NCBI GenBank assembly: GCA_000999025.1
Contig: LCFM01000003.1
Location: 12,253-76,252 of the forward strand
Source of the DNA: Parcubacteria group bacterium GW2011_GWA2_43_13
GTDB lineage: Bacteria; Patescibacteriota; Patescibacteriia; UBA9629; GWA2-43-13
Length of the DNA stretch: 64,000 nucleotides
Reading direction: 5' to 3'
Below, one piece after another: positions 1 through 8,370 of the stretch. The position numbers were made by a program, and so were the translations under genes. The notes under the pieces are model-generated. The model worked only from the letters and a program-made list of their open reading frames with translations, made no database searches and had not been told where the DNA came from. Numbering within the stretch: position 1 is the stretch's first letter; each line of letters starts with the position of its first letter.

Positions 1-355
1 AAAAGAGCCCATCATGACTGATGAAAAATGCGAAAAATGCGGCAAACCAATGGTGAAAAAAGACGGGCGGTTCGGCCCATTTCTGGCGTGCTCTGATTAT
101 CCAACCTGCAAAAGCACAAAAAATATCGAACAATCAACCGGTATTACCTGCCCGGCATGCAAAAAAGGCGAGATTATTGCAAAACGCTCACGCAGAGGCA
201 AACCGTTTTGGGCATGCAACCAATACCCTGACTGCGAAAACGCGTACTGGGGAAAACCAACTGGCGAAACCTGCCCTGTGTGCACATCACTGATCGTTCA
301 ATCAACAAAAGACACGACTGCGTGTAGTGACAAAAAATGCAGTTATAAAACGTAG
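1..355 (+). CDS. topA: DNA topoisomerase I, C-terminal zinc-ribbon repeats (partial, 5' end outside window)
   Basis: Repeated C4 Zn-ribbon motifs: CEKCGKPMVKKDGRFGPFLACSDYPTC, CPACKKGEI..FWACNQYPDC, CPVC. Confidence 0.85.
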   Translation, partial: KEPIMTDEKCEKCGKPMVKKDGRFGPFLACSDYPTCKSTKNIEQSTGITCPACKKGEIIAKRSRRGKPFWACNQYPDCENAYWGKPTGETCPVCTSLIVQSTKDTTACSDKKCSYKT

Positions 356-423
356 AGACGCCCCGCTGGGGCGTCTCAAAACGATATGTACTGAATCGAG
401 ACGTGCCAGCGGCGCGTCTCTAC
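352..423. repeat. GTAG-type REP doublet (REPIN-like)
   Basis: GTAGAGACGCCCCGCTGGGGCGTCTC ... GAGACGTGCCAGCGGCGCGTCTCTAC; two hairpins in inverted orientation between convergent genes. Confidence 0.85.
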
Positions 424-425
424 AG

Positions 426-878
426 TTACGACCGAATCTTTTTCGCGATCTCGGCAAGAACCGCGTCATCTGCTCGCGCGCTGTCATGCGAAGAAATATA
501 TCCTTCGTAATAATCAAAATATTTTTCAACATGCGATTTACGCTCTCGCCATGCGTCTGTTTTTGTTCCATGCATTGGGAATAATTTTACATGAAGATGA
601 TCCACGCCAAATCCTTCAAAAATCATTCCCGTCCTTCCCACATCGTCTAACTTTTCATCAATGAGTTTGCCAACCTTTTTTGCGACGAGCACTAATCCTG
701 ACAATACATCATCTGGCATATCAAATGCATAACTTGGATAATGGTCTTTCGTAATGACAACCGTAAACCCTTCCGTGTTCGGAAAAATACTTAAAAAGGC
801 CAGATATTTTTCATCTTCCCATACTGTATGGCATGGCGTTGTGCCTGCCACTATGTTGCAAAAAATACAGTCAGTCAT
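426..878 (-). CDS. HIT family protein
   Basis: MTDCIFCNIV N-terminus and VDHLHVKLFP HIT-like motif; start reassigned to ATG at 878. Confidence 0.85.
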   Translation of the reverse strand: MTDCIFCNIVAGTTPCHTVWEDEKYLAFLSIFPNTEGFTVVITKDHYPSYAFDMPDDVLSGLVLVAKKVGKLIDEKLDDVGRTGMIFEGFGVDHLHVKLFPMHGTKTDAWRERKSHVEKYFDYYEGYISSHDSARADDAVLAEIAKKIRS

Positions 879-1057
879 AGATAGAATAATACGCCCCCTT
901 TTGTCAACACTATCAAAATTTTTATATTTTGTATATACTCTCCTCAACAGGCGAACAACTGACAACGCACACAGGGGGGGGTACATATTGTCGCGACCAG
1001 CGCGATAAGTGTATCCCTCTTTTTTTTTTGACAAAAATATGCTTTAGTAAGAGTACT

Positions 1058-2539
1058 ATGTCTGATGTTTCCATAGAATCGCTGATAGAAATCATCAAAC
1101 TCAATAAACTCAATATTGACACTCAAAAAGTGAAGCAGGCGTTTGAATTTGCCCAAAAGGCGCATGAAGGTCAAACCCGCAAAACAGGAGAGCCCTATAT
1201 TACTCATCCGCTTGCCGTTGCCATGACTTTGGCTGACCTGCGACTGGACGAGGCAACCATTGTCGCAGGCCTTTTGCATGACGTTCCTGAAGATACAAAA
1301 AAAACGCTCATTGATGTACGCAAAGATTTTGGATCTGATGTCGCAATGTTAGTTGAAGGCATTACAAAATTAGGAAAAGTAAAATATCGCGGCATAGAGC
1401 GGTATGTTGAGAATTTACGCAAAATGTTTATTGCCATGGCCGCTGATATCCGCACCATTTTTATTAAATTTGCAGACCGCATCCATAATTTACAAACCAT
1501 TGAAGCACTGGATGCAAAAAAAGCAGAACGCATTGCAAAAGAAACTCTCACAATTTACGCTCCCATTGCAAACCGGCTCGGTATCAATGTATTAAAAGAT
1601 GTGCTTGAAGACCTCGCGTTTCAGCATGCCTATCCAAAAGAATATAAAAATGTTACTGCTCTTTTAGATGGAGGCCAAAAACAACGCGACCGATGTTATC
1701 TTTCTGTGCATACGGCGGTCTTAGACGCGCTAAACAAAGAAAACATTCAGGTTGTTTCATTTTATGGAAGAACAAAACAGCCATACAGTTTGTACCGCAA
1801 ACTCCAGCAACACAGCAATGATCCAAATAAAATATTCGATCTCCTTGCCATGCGATTGATAGTGCCGACAATTCAAGATTGTTATGCAGTGCTCGGCATT
1901 ATCAACGCCCTCTATCGGCCATTGCCCGGCAGAATCAAAGATTATATCGCCCAACCAAAACCGAATGGGTATCAATCATTGCACACCACGGTTTTGTGCG
2001 ATCGCTCTATTATTGAATTCCAAATACGAACACCTGAAATGCACGAACAAGCAGAATACGGTATCGCCTCTCACTGGCATTATGATGAAGAAGGGGCGCG
2101 CATTTCTGATAAAGATATCACGTGGGTACAGGAACTCGCGCGCTGGCAGGAAGAAATCAAAGATGAAAAAAAATATCTTGAATCACTCAAGATTGATGTA
2201 TTCCAAAATCGTATTTTTGTCTTTACCCCCAAAGGAGATGTCATTGATTTACCCGAGGATTCAACCCCTGTTGATTTTGCCTATCATATCCACTCTGACA
2301 TCGGCAATAAATGCGCTTCCGCAAAAATCAATGGTCAAATAGCAAAATTAGATGAAAAACTCAAAAGCGGCGATGTGATTGAAATTATTATTGATAAAAA
2401 CCGCAAAGGGCCGAACACCAACTGGCTTAAATTTGTCAAAACACAACAAGCGCGCGCAAAAATCCGGCAACACGCGCCCAAGCCGGTGTGGGAACAAGTC
2501 ATTTCCGGCGTCACGGAAAAATTCGGGAAAAAGAAATAA
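1058..2539 (+). CDS. rel: RelA/SpoT family (p)ppGpp synthetase/hydrolase (HD, SYNTH and TGS domains; no ACT domain)
   Basis: HEGQTRKTGEPYITHP, LLHDVPED, KFADRIHN, KDYIAQPKPNGYQSLHT, TGS motif VFTPKGDVIDLPEDSTPVDFAYHIH. Confidence 0.95.
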   Translation: MSDVSIESLIEIIKLNKLNIDTQKVKQAFEFAQKAHEGQTRKTGEPYITHPLAVAMTLADLRLDEATIVAGLLHDVPEDTKKTLIDVRKDFGSDVAMLVEGITKLGKVKYRGIERYVENLRKMFIAMAADIRTIFIKFADRIHNLQTIEALDAKKAERIAKETLTIYAPIANRLGINVLKDVLEDLAFQHAYPKEYKNVTALLDGGQKQRDRCYLSVHTAVLDALNKENIQVVSFYGRTKQPYSLYRKLQQHSNDPNKIFDLLAMRLIVPTIQDCYAVLGIINALYRPLPGRIKDYIAQPKPNGYQSLHTTVLCDRSIIEFQIRTPEMHEQAEYGIASHWHYDEEGARISDKDITWVQELARWQEEIKDEKKYLESLKIDVFQNRIFVFTPKGDVIDLPEDSTPVDFAYHIHSDIGNKCASAKINGQIAKLDEKLKSGDVIEIIIDKNRKGPNTNWLKFVKTQQARAKIRQHAPKPVWEQVISGVTEKFGKKK

Positions 2540-2617
2540 ACATAAAAAAGAGGGGTGTGGATAAATAAGGAGATGAATAATTGAGGCGCATGGTGAGATG
2601 ATCTATACTTACGCTAT

Positions 2618-3034
2618 ATGAAACAATTTTTACAATACGTTATTACATTTGGAGTGCCTGTTTTAGTGCTTGCGTTGATGCTTGCACCTTTTTTTATTTT
2701 TAGAAAAGCGCGCGGTTGGCTGGGCTCTTGGCCCGGCGCGATTTTGCGGTGGGGAGTGGGGGTTGGGATTTGGTATTTAACAACAGATGTTTTTTTTAAT
2801 AAATTTTATTACTCTACATTACCTGGAATAGACAGTGCGAATATCGTCCTTATTTTAGGGTTATTTATATTTTTCCTTCTTTGGCCGTTCTTTGGATTTA
2901 ATCTTGCGCAAGGTAATAAACTAACCAAATCTATTATTTTTCAACTGATAGTAGGTCTGATAAATGTAGCAGTTGGTATTTTTATATTGATTATGGCTAT
3001 TCCATGGGGATTGGCCGGATTGGGAGGACTGTAA
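2618..3034 (+). CDS. Hypothetical 4-TM membrane protein
   Basis: 138-aa ORF with four hydrophobic segments; TATACT 8 nt before the ATG. Confidence 0.7.
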   Translation: MKQFLQYVITFGVPVLVLALMLAPFFIFRKARGWLGSWPGAILRWGVGVGIWYLTTDVFFNKFYYSTLPGIDSANIVLILGLFIFFLLWPFFGFNLAQGNKLTKSIIFQLIVGLINVAVGIFILIMAIPWGLAGLGGL

Positions 3035-3080
3035 CCTCACCCCTACCCTCTCCTTATTAAGGAGAGGGAGACGACGGCAC
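3035..3080. repeat. CCTCACCCC-CCCTCTCC/GGAGAGGG palindromic repeat (family B)
   Basis: CCTCACCCCTACCCTCTCCTTATTAAGGAGAGGGAGACGACGG; related copies elsewhere in the window. Confidence 0.8.
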
Positions 3081-3088
3081 TCGTAATT

Positions 3089-5395
3089 ATGCGCAAAAAA
3101 ATTATTATCATCAACGTTATTTTATTATTAGGAGGAGGCATCTTGCTTCCGTTCCATTTTTTATCAGCCATAGATCAGCTGACTCCCATTATTATTGTAC
3201 CTGGTGTCGGCGCTTCGCTTAACTGGCAAACATTCACTGACCATGGGAATAATAGTTGGGATTTTGCACCAAGTGTAAATGACTATAAAACATTAATTCA
3301 AACACTTGAAGCACGTGGATATGTTTTAAACCAAAACCTCTTTATTGCGCATTATGATTGGCGGCAAAGTAATCTTTTATCAGCAACACAATATCTTAAA
3401 CCAGTGATTGATAAAGCAATACTAATCAATCGTACGAATGATGTCTATGTTATTGCTCACAGTATGGGCGGATTAGTAACACGATCATATGTGGAATATA
3501 ATAATGATACAAGAATTGCAAGCTTTATTATGCTTGGAACACCGAATTATGGATCCGGAGATACGTATACACTATGGGAAAATGGAACATTACCAGTAGG
3601 ATATACTGGAAAACGCGCATATGCCATCTTATTTTATCTCTGGTATCTTACAGCTTCTCAAAAATTATTTGGCGATAACTTTACTGCCGTACAACAAAAT
3701 GTCCAATCCGCAAAAGAGTTACTGCCGACATACGATTATCTCAAAAACGCAGAAACAGATGAAATAATTCCTTATGCAACGCATAAACGCAAAGCAAACA
3801 CCTTAAGCCGCAATTCGTTTTTAGAAAGTCTCAATGATCCATGGAGCATGCAAAAAATGATTGATCGTATTTTTAACACACACATTATCGCAGGCACTGG
3901 CGAGCAAACGCTAAAGTATATCCCTGTCGCGCCGGATAATGATACTAACAATGCGCAATGGACTGACGGTGTGCCATTACCTAATCCGCCACTAAAGGAT
4001 ACAGATGAGGGCGACGGGACAGTATTACTCGAAAGCGCGTTGATTAAAAATTTGGATATTCATAAACGGATTGTTTTGGTGCAGTCGTGGTGGAGGAAAG
4101 CGTTATCTTTATTCATACCTCACCCCTCCCTCTCCTTCTTAAGGAGAGGGAACGACGACGCCTCCGGACATCACCCCAACCCTCTTCCCAATCCGCCAGC
4201 TGGCGGATTGGGACAAGCTCTTGTAAAGGAGAGAGGGATTGACGTTGCCTACGCGCAAGAAGATGATGAAGGATATACGCATGAAGAATACATCCAAAAT
4301 TGCATTAATCGCGGAAAAACGCGGGAAGAATGCGAGCAACAACTTGAAAACTATTTTTTATCCAGCAGTTATCCAATTAAACTGCACACCATTGCCTCAA
4401 CCCATGGCGATTTGCCAACAACCGCGATCCCTAAAATCTTTGAAATACTTGGACTTGGCGCAGTGCCTGAAATACCGGCCCAACCATCCCCTATCCAACG
4501 ACTGCTCCAAGTATGGATTGGATCTCCTGTTGCAGTAGACATCACAGCCCCTGATGGAACCCCAATGAATGAAATAGAAAATATCGAAATCGCGACATCA
4601 GGTGGGGATGATCCGATTCAAATCATTTCCATCCCAGAACCGGAACAAGGGGAATATACTGTCACGCTTACTGGCACCGGAACAGGAGAATACCATCTTG
4701 CCGCCTCACTCATAAGCGATACTGAACAAACATTAACAACAAAAAATGGCACGACTGCGCCATCATTGCAAACAACATATACAGTAACAATCCCTGAACA
4801 ACCAGCAGAACCCACACAAAATCAAAACCTCTTTGAGCAAGAACCAACCACGGACTACACCCTTTCACTCTCGCAAGGATGGAATCTTATTTCTATCCCC
4901 TCTTTTATTTCCGACTCGTCTCCGGAATCATTCTTTGAAGAGAATATACAATCCATTGATTCTATTTGGTCGTATGACGCTTTGCAAGAAAATCCATGGC
5001 ACACATATTATCCGAACCGGCCGGAGCTCAACTCACTTACAACTCTCTCCCCCGGGTACGGCTATTGGATCAAATGGACATTGCAAGAGCCACTTACACT
5101 CACAAAACAAATAGCTCCGCTTGAGCAAGGGCCAATGACTCCGCCTTCACGCACACTCACAAATGGATGGAATTTAATCGGGCCATATCATCTCTTTAAT
5201 ACGCGATCAGGTGCTTTTGAAACAGCGTTTCAAACACTCACGCTGAATAATACCCCTTTATGGAAGTCCATACTTGGATATAATAATGACAGAAAAATAT
5301 TTCAACGATTTTCGGATGATGATTTTGACGATGCAGGCAATGGCTACTGGCTGTTTGTGCAAAATAAAAAAGGATCCTCTGTGTTTGCTCCGTAA
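3089..5395 (+). CDS. Secreted alpha/beta hydrolase (LCAT/PGAP1-like lipase/acyltransferase) with C-terminal beta-rich surface domains
   Basis: N-terminal signal/TM; PIIIVPGVGAS, YDWRQ, IAHSMGGLV nucleophile elbow, LGTPNYGS, GDGTV; C-terminal GWNLIS repeats. Confidence 0.85.
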   Translation: MRKKIIIINVILLLGGGILLPFHFLSAIDQLTPIIIVPGVGASLNWQTFTDHGNNSWDFAPSVNDYKTLIQTLEARGYVLNQNLFIAHYDWRQSNLLSATQYLKPVIDKAILINRTNDVYVIAHSMGGLVTRSYVEYNNDTRIASFIMLGTPNYGSGDTYTLWENGTLPVGYTGKRAYAILFYLWYLTASQKLFGDNFTAVQQNVQSAKELLPTYDYLKNAETDEIIPYATHKRKANTLSRNSFLESLNDPWSMQKMIDRIFNTHIIAGTGEQTLKYIPVAPDNDTNNAQWTDGVPLPNPPLKDTDEGDGTVLLESALIKNLDIHKRIVLVQSWWRKALSLFIPHPSLSFLRRGNDDASGHHPNPLPNPPAGGLGQALVKERGIDVAYAQEDDEGYTHEEYIQNCINRGKTREECEQQLENYFLSSSYPIKLHTIASTHGDLPTTAIPKIFEILGLGAVPEIPAQPSPIQRLLQVWIGSPVAVDITAPDGTPMNEIENIEIATSGGDDPIQIISIPEPEQGEYTVTLTGTGTGEYHLAASLISDTEQTLTTKNGTTAPSLQTTYTVTIPEQPAEPTQNQNLFEQEPTTDYTLSLSQGWNLISIPSFISDSSPESFFEENIQSIDSIWSYDALQENPWHTYYPNRPELNSLTTLSPGYGYWIKWTLQEPLTLTKQIAPLEQGPMTPPSRTLTNGWNLIGPYHLFNTRSGAFETAFQTLTLNNTPLWKSILGYNNDRKIFQRFSDDDFDDAGNGYWLFVQNKKGSSVFAP
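4117..4237. repeat. Composite palindromic insertion, in frame within the lipase
   Basis: Two family-B units with a nested CCCAATCCGCCAGCTGGCGGATTGGG palindrome. Confidence 0.8.
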
Positions 5396-5405
5396 TGAGG
5401 GAGAT

Positions 5406-5469
5406 GTAGAGACGGGGTTAACCCCGTCTCTACGATTATTAAAAAGACACCCCGCTGGGGCGTCTCTAC
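5406..5469. repeat. GTAG-type REP pair
   Basis: GTAGAGACGGGGTTAACCCCGTCTCTAC followed by AGACACCCCGCTGGGGCGTCTCTAC, between convergent genes. Confidence 0.85.
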
Positions 5470-5499
5470 ACTACTCAAGATATGAGCCAAGCACGTGTA

Positions 5500-6399
5500 T
5501 TATTTTCCTACCAATTTCGCGACAATCGCCCCTAAATCCTCCTCACTATAAAACTCAATATCCACAGAGCCGCGCTCACCGCGCTTATGAATATGCACGC
5601 GCGTGCCAAGCGCTTCTTCAAGAGCGCTCTCCTGCGCGACGGTATCCGAACTTTTCCGCAAGGACCTATCATGAGTGCGTACTTTTATTTTTTGCACTTC
5701 CGCAAGCGCACGCGTGCCGGTCATCTCTCCTTTTTTCATCTTTTCCCATAATGCATTTCTCTCCTCGTCTGTTTTTAAACTCAACAAATTCCGCGCCTGA
5801 TACTCATTGATTTCACCGACTGCGAGCGAATGCTGAATAGCATCAGGCAGTGTTAATAACCTCAGCGTGTTTGCAATAACCGGACGACTTTTGCCCATTC
5901 GTTTTGCTATTTCTTCTTGCGTCAATCCAAACTCATCAGACAATCGGGCGTATGCTTCTGCAAGTTCAATAAAATTCAAATCAGCACGTTGAATATTTTC
6001 AATCATCGCAAGTTCGAGTTTTTCCATTTCATCGGTTTCCCGAATCACCGCGGGAATTGTTTTCAATCCGATTCGTTTTGCGGCCTGCAAACGCCTCTGT
6101 CCGGCAACCAAAATATATCCGCCAACAGGATCAATGCTTACAACCAAGGGCTGTAAAATACCATGCTGTTTAATTGATTCAGCAAGATCATTCAGCGCCA
6201 CGGAATTCATATCTTTGCGCGGCTGATATGGATTTTCTTTAATATCGCCAACGTCAATATGTAAAATCCTGTCTGATCGCACGTCATCATCGCTCTGACG
6301 TGGAGAAATATCATCGGTATCCCCTCTGTGATGCGCAGAAGATTGCGCCATTGGAATCAACGACGACAATCCTCGGCCTAATATTTGTTTTTTTGACAT
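5500..6399 (-). CDS. parB: ParB/Spo0J partition protein
   Basis: LGRGLSSLI, NPYQPRK, GILQPLVV, AGQRR, ENIQRADL, HTH region. Confidence 0.95.
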   Translation of the reverse strand: MSKKQILGRGLSSLIPMAQSSAHHRGDTDDISPRQSDDDVRSDRILHIDVGDIKENPYQPRKDMNSVALNDLAESIKQHGILQPLVVSIDPVGGYILVAGQRRLQAAKRIGLKTIPAVIRETDEMEKLELAMIENIQRADLNFIELAEAYARLSDEFGLTQEEIAKRMGKSRPVIANTLRLLTLPDAIQHSLAVGEINEYQARNLLSLKTDEERNALWEKMKKGEMTGTRALAEVQKIKVRTHDRSLRKSSDTVAQESALEEALGTRVHIHKRGERGSVDIEFYSEEDLGAIVAKLVGK

Positions 6400-6489
6400 A
6401 CTGTTAAAAAATTCGAGCCCACCAGCTGGCGGAAAAATTCGAAACTATTTTTAATGTTATATTTTGAATGTCCTACTTTGTGCTTTTTC

Positions 6490-7257
6490 CTATGCCCTCA
6501 AGGTATCTAAAATCTCGCGCGTTAATTTTTCATACGCTTTAGCTCCTCGTGATTTGTCGTCATAATTGATAATCGGCAATCCATGAGAAGGCGCTTCAGC
6601 AAGACGGACATTGCGAGGGATAACGGACCGAAAAATCTTTTTAGGAAAATACTGATACAATTCTTTTAACACTGCCTCGGAGAGCCCGACTCTCTTGTCA
6701 TACATTGTAATCACCGCACCTAAAATATTCAACTCCGCGTGTAAATTTTGTTGCACAAGATTGATCGTATTTAATAACTGCCCCAATCCTTCAAGCGCAT
6801 AATATTCCGCCTGAACAGGAATCAACACATGCGTCGCTCCAACCAAACCATTGATGGTCAAAAGCCCTAAACTCGGCGGGCAATCTATCACAATAAAATC
6901 GTAATCATGAGAAAAGGATTTCAGCGCGTCGTGCAAACGATATTCACGACGCGGAAGATTAACAAGTTCCACTGTTGCACCGGCTAATTGAATCGTTGCC
7001 GGAGCCATATGCAGTCGCTCATCTGCTTTGCCTAAAATAACATGAGGAAACGGATGTACCCCGACCATTGCCTCATACACGCCCTTATCAAGCTCGCTAT
7101 GCCGAATCCCCATGCCACTGGTTGCGTTTGCCTGGGGATCAAGGTCAACCAAAAGAACTTTTTTTCCAAAGTATGCTAAAAACGTCGCAACATTGACCGC
7201 AGTCGTTGTTTTGCCAACACCTCCTTTTTGATTTACAACAGCAATACTATGAGCCAT
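6490..7257 (-). CDS. parA: ParA/Soj ATPase
   Basis: NQKGGVGKTTT, DLDPQANAT, DCPPSLG, IPRNVRLAEAPSHG. Confidence 0.95.
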   Translation of the reverse strand: MAHSIAVVNQKGGVGKTTTAVNVATFLAYFGKKVLLVDLDPQANATSGMGIRHSELDKGVYEAMVGVHPFPHVILGKADERLHMAPATIQLAGATVELVNLPRREYRLHDALKSFSHDYDFIVIDCPPSLGLLTINGLVGATHVLIPVQAEYYALEGLGQLLNTINLVQQNLHAELNILGAVITMYDKRVGLSEAVLKELYQYFPKKIFRSVIPRNVRLAEAPSHGLPIINYDDKSRGAKAYEKLTREILDTLRA

Positions 7258-7306
7258 ATTTACCTGTATCATATCATACGGTTTCTCTTTAGGAAATGGC
7301 AATCAG

Positions 7307-7335
7307 TAGACAATCTGCAAAAATTCTATTAAAGT
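7307..7335 (+). promoter_or_regulatory. Putative sigma70 promoter upstream of the tRNA-Leu/tRNA-CAT cluster
   Basis: TAGACA-17 nt-TAAAGT. Confidence 0.45.
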
Positions 7336-7348
7336 ATGGATGGTAAGT

Positions 7349-7527
7349 ATAGGCATCACTCTCCAGAATTGAACTTAGAACGCAGGGGAAATTGTGTCTG
7401 GCGTAGTTTTGGAACGAGGGGGATTTGAGCCGTATCCAATGATACGGCGAAAATTTCCTGACGTGAAAAACAAGCCAGGCGCAATCTTAACAAGTTATGG
7501 AGTGCTATTTTGGGGAGTGATGCCTAT
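7349..7527. repeat. 179-bp element with 21-bp terminal inverted repeats (MITE-like or structured ncRNA)
   Basis: ATAGGCATCACTCTCCAGAAT / ATTTTGGGGAGTGATGCCTAT (19/21 match); internal stems ATTGTGTCTGGC/GCCAGGCGCAAT and GCCGTATC/GATACGGC. Confidence 0.7.
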
Positions 7528-7531
7528 GTAT

Positions 7532-7615
7532 GCCGCCGTGGTGGAATTGGTAGACACGCAGGTCTCAAAAACCTGTGAGGGCAACTTCATGTCGGTTCGA
7601 CTCCGACCGGCGGCA
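7532..7615 (+). tRNA. tRNA-Leu(CAA)
   Basis: Acceptor GCCGCCG/CGGCGGC, anticodon arm CAGGT-CTCAAAA-ACCTG, long variable arm, GTTCGA T-loop. Confidence 0.95.
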
Positions 7616-7623
7616 ATTTTTCT

Positions 7624-7697
7624 ACCAGGGTAGCTCAGTTGGTTAGAGCGAGGGAATCATAACCCCTAGGTCGTGAGTTCGATCCTCACCCCTGGTA
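7624..7697 (+). tRNA. tRNA with CAT anticodon (elongator Met or Ile2)
   Basis: Acceptor ACCAGGG/CCCTGGT, D-arm TAGCTCAGTTGGTTAGAGC, anticodon loop ATCATAA, T-arm GTGAG-TTCGATC-CTCAC. Confidence 0.9.
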
Positions 7698-7718
7698 CTC
7701 ATTACACACTATGGTTGC

Positions 7719-7747
7719 TTGCATTAAAATATCATGAATGATATAGT
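7719..7747 (+). promoter_or_regulatory. Sigma70 promoter for the initiator tRNA transcript
   Basis: TTGCAT-17 nt-TATAGT with TG extension. Confidence 0.55.
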
Positions 7748-7867
7748 CCCGTACAAAGTATTCGCCATAAAATGCTTTAGTATTTTATGGCGAGAGGAGG
7801 GGCAAGCGTAGGCTGAAGTGTGGCACTTTAGTGACACACGTAAGCCAAAGCTTTGACCCGACGACGA

Positions 7868-7939
7868 CGCGGGGTAGAGAAATGGCATCTCGCCTGGCTC
7901 ATAACCAGGAGACTGCGGGTTCGAATCCCGCCTCCGCCA
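7868..7939 (+). tRNA. Initiator tRNA-fMet(CAT)
   Basis: CGCGGGG start with C1 mismatch, A11-U24 pair, anticodon arm CCTGG-CTCATAA-CCAGG, T-arm GCGGG-TTCGAAT-CCCGC. Confidence 0.9.
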
Positions 7940-7941
7940 AT

Positions 7942-7975
7942 CAAAAAACCGCCTCTCTCCATGTGCGGTTTTTTG
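7942..7975. terminator. Intrinsic terminator (probably bidirectional)
   Basis: CAAAAAACCGC...GCGGTTTTTTG. Confidence 0.7.
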
Positions 7976-7990
7976 ATATTCAAAAATAAT

Positions 7991-8350
7991 TTATCTGCGA
8001 TACCCTGACCGATATTCAGAACGATGGGTGTTAAACACAAGCGTAAACAATGAAAGAAGTATGCTAAACACCAATGCCCAACCGAAATTGGCAACTTCAA
8101 ACCCCGTAACAACCGCACTTGCCAACAAAATCAACATCGCATTGATAACAAAGGTTAACAGCCCGAGCGTTAAAATATTAATCGGCAACGTAAAAATAAT
8201 AAGAATAGGTTTAAGCACCGCATTGATAATACCAATCACAATCGCCGCAACAAACGCAGCCCAAAATCCTGCTACATCAACTCCAGGCAAAAGGTACGCT
8301 CCTGCCATAACCGCGACAGTATTCAAAAAAAGATTGATAATAATATGCAT
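7991..8350 (-). CDS. Phage-holin-IV/YvlD family membrane protein
   Basis: LLPGVDV..GIINAVLKPIL..TLPINILTLGLLTFVINA signature. Confidence 0.85.
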   Translation of the reverse strand: MHIIINLFLNTVAVMAGAYLLPGVDVAGFWAAFVAAIVIGIINAVLKPILIIFTLPINILTLGLLTFVINAMLILLASAVVTGFEVANFGWALVFSILLSLFTLVFNTHRSEYRSGYRR

Positions 8351-8370
8351 AGTTCTTATAGTATACCACA

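Noticed and set aside
929-1057. Long N-terminal extensions of rel, HIT, sufS, rpe and others in the ORF track
   Set aside because: They arise from upstream alternative starts that overlap promoters or neighbouring genes; family homology begins at the later ATGs.
7394-7633. 79-aa ORF
   Set aside because: It overlaps the inverted-repeat element and tRNA-Leu.
7991-8350. Holin as prophage evidence next to tRNAs
   Set aside because: YvlD-type proteins are common chromosomal genes, and no integrase or phage genes are nearby.
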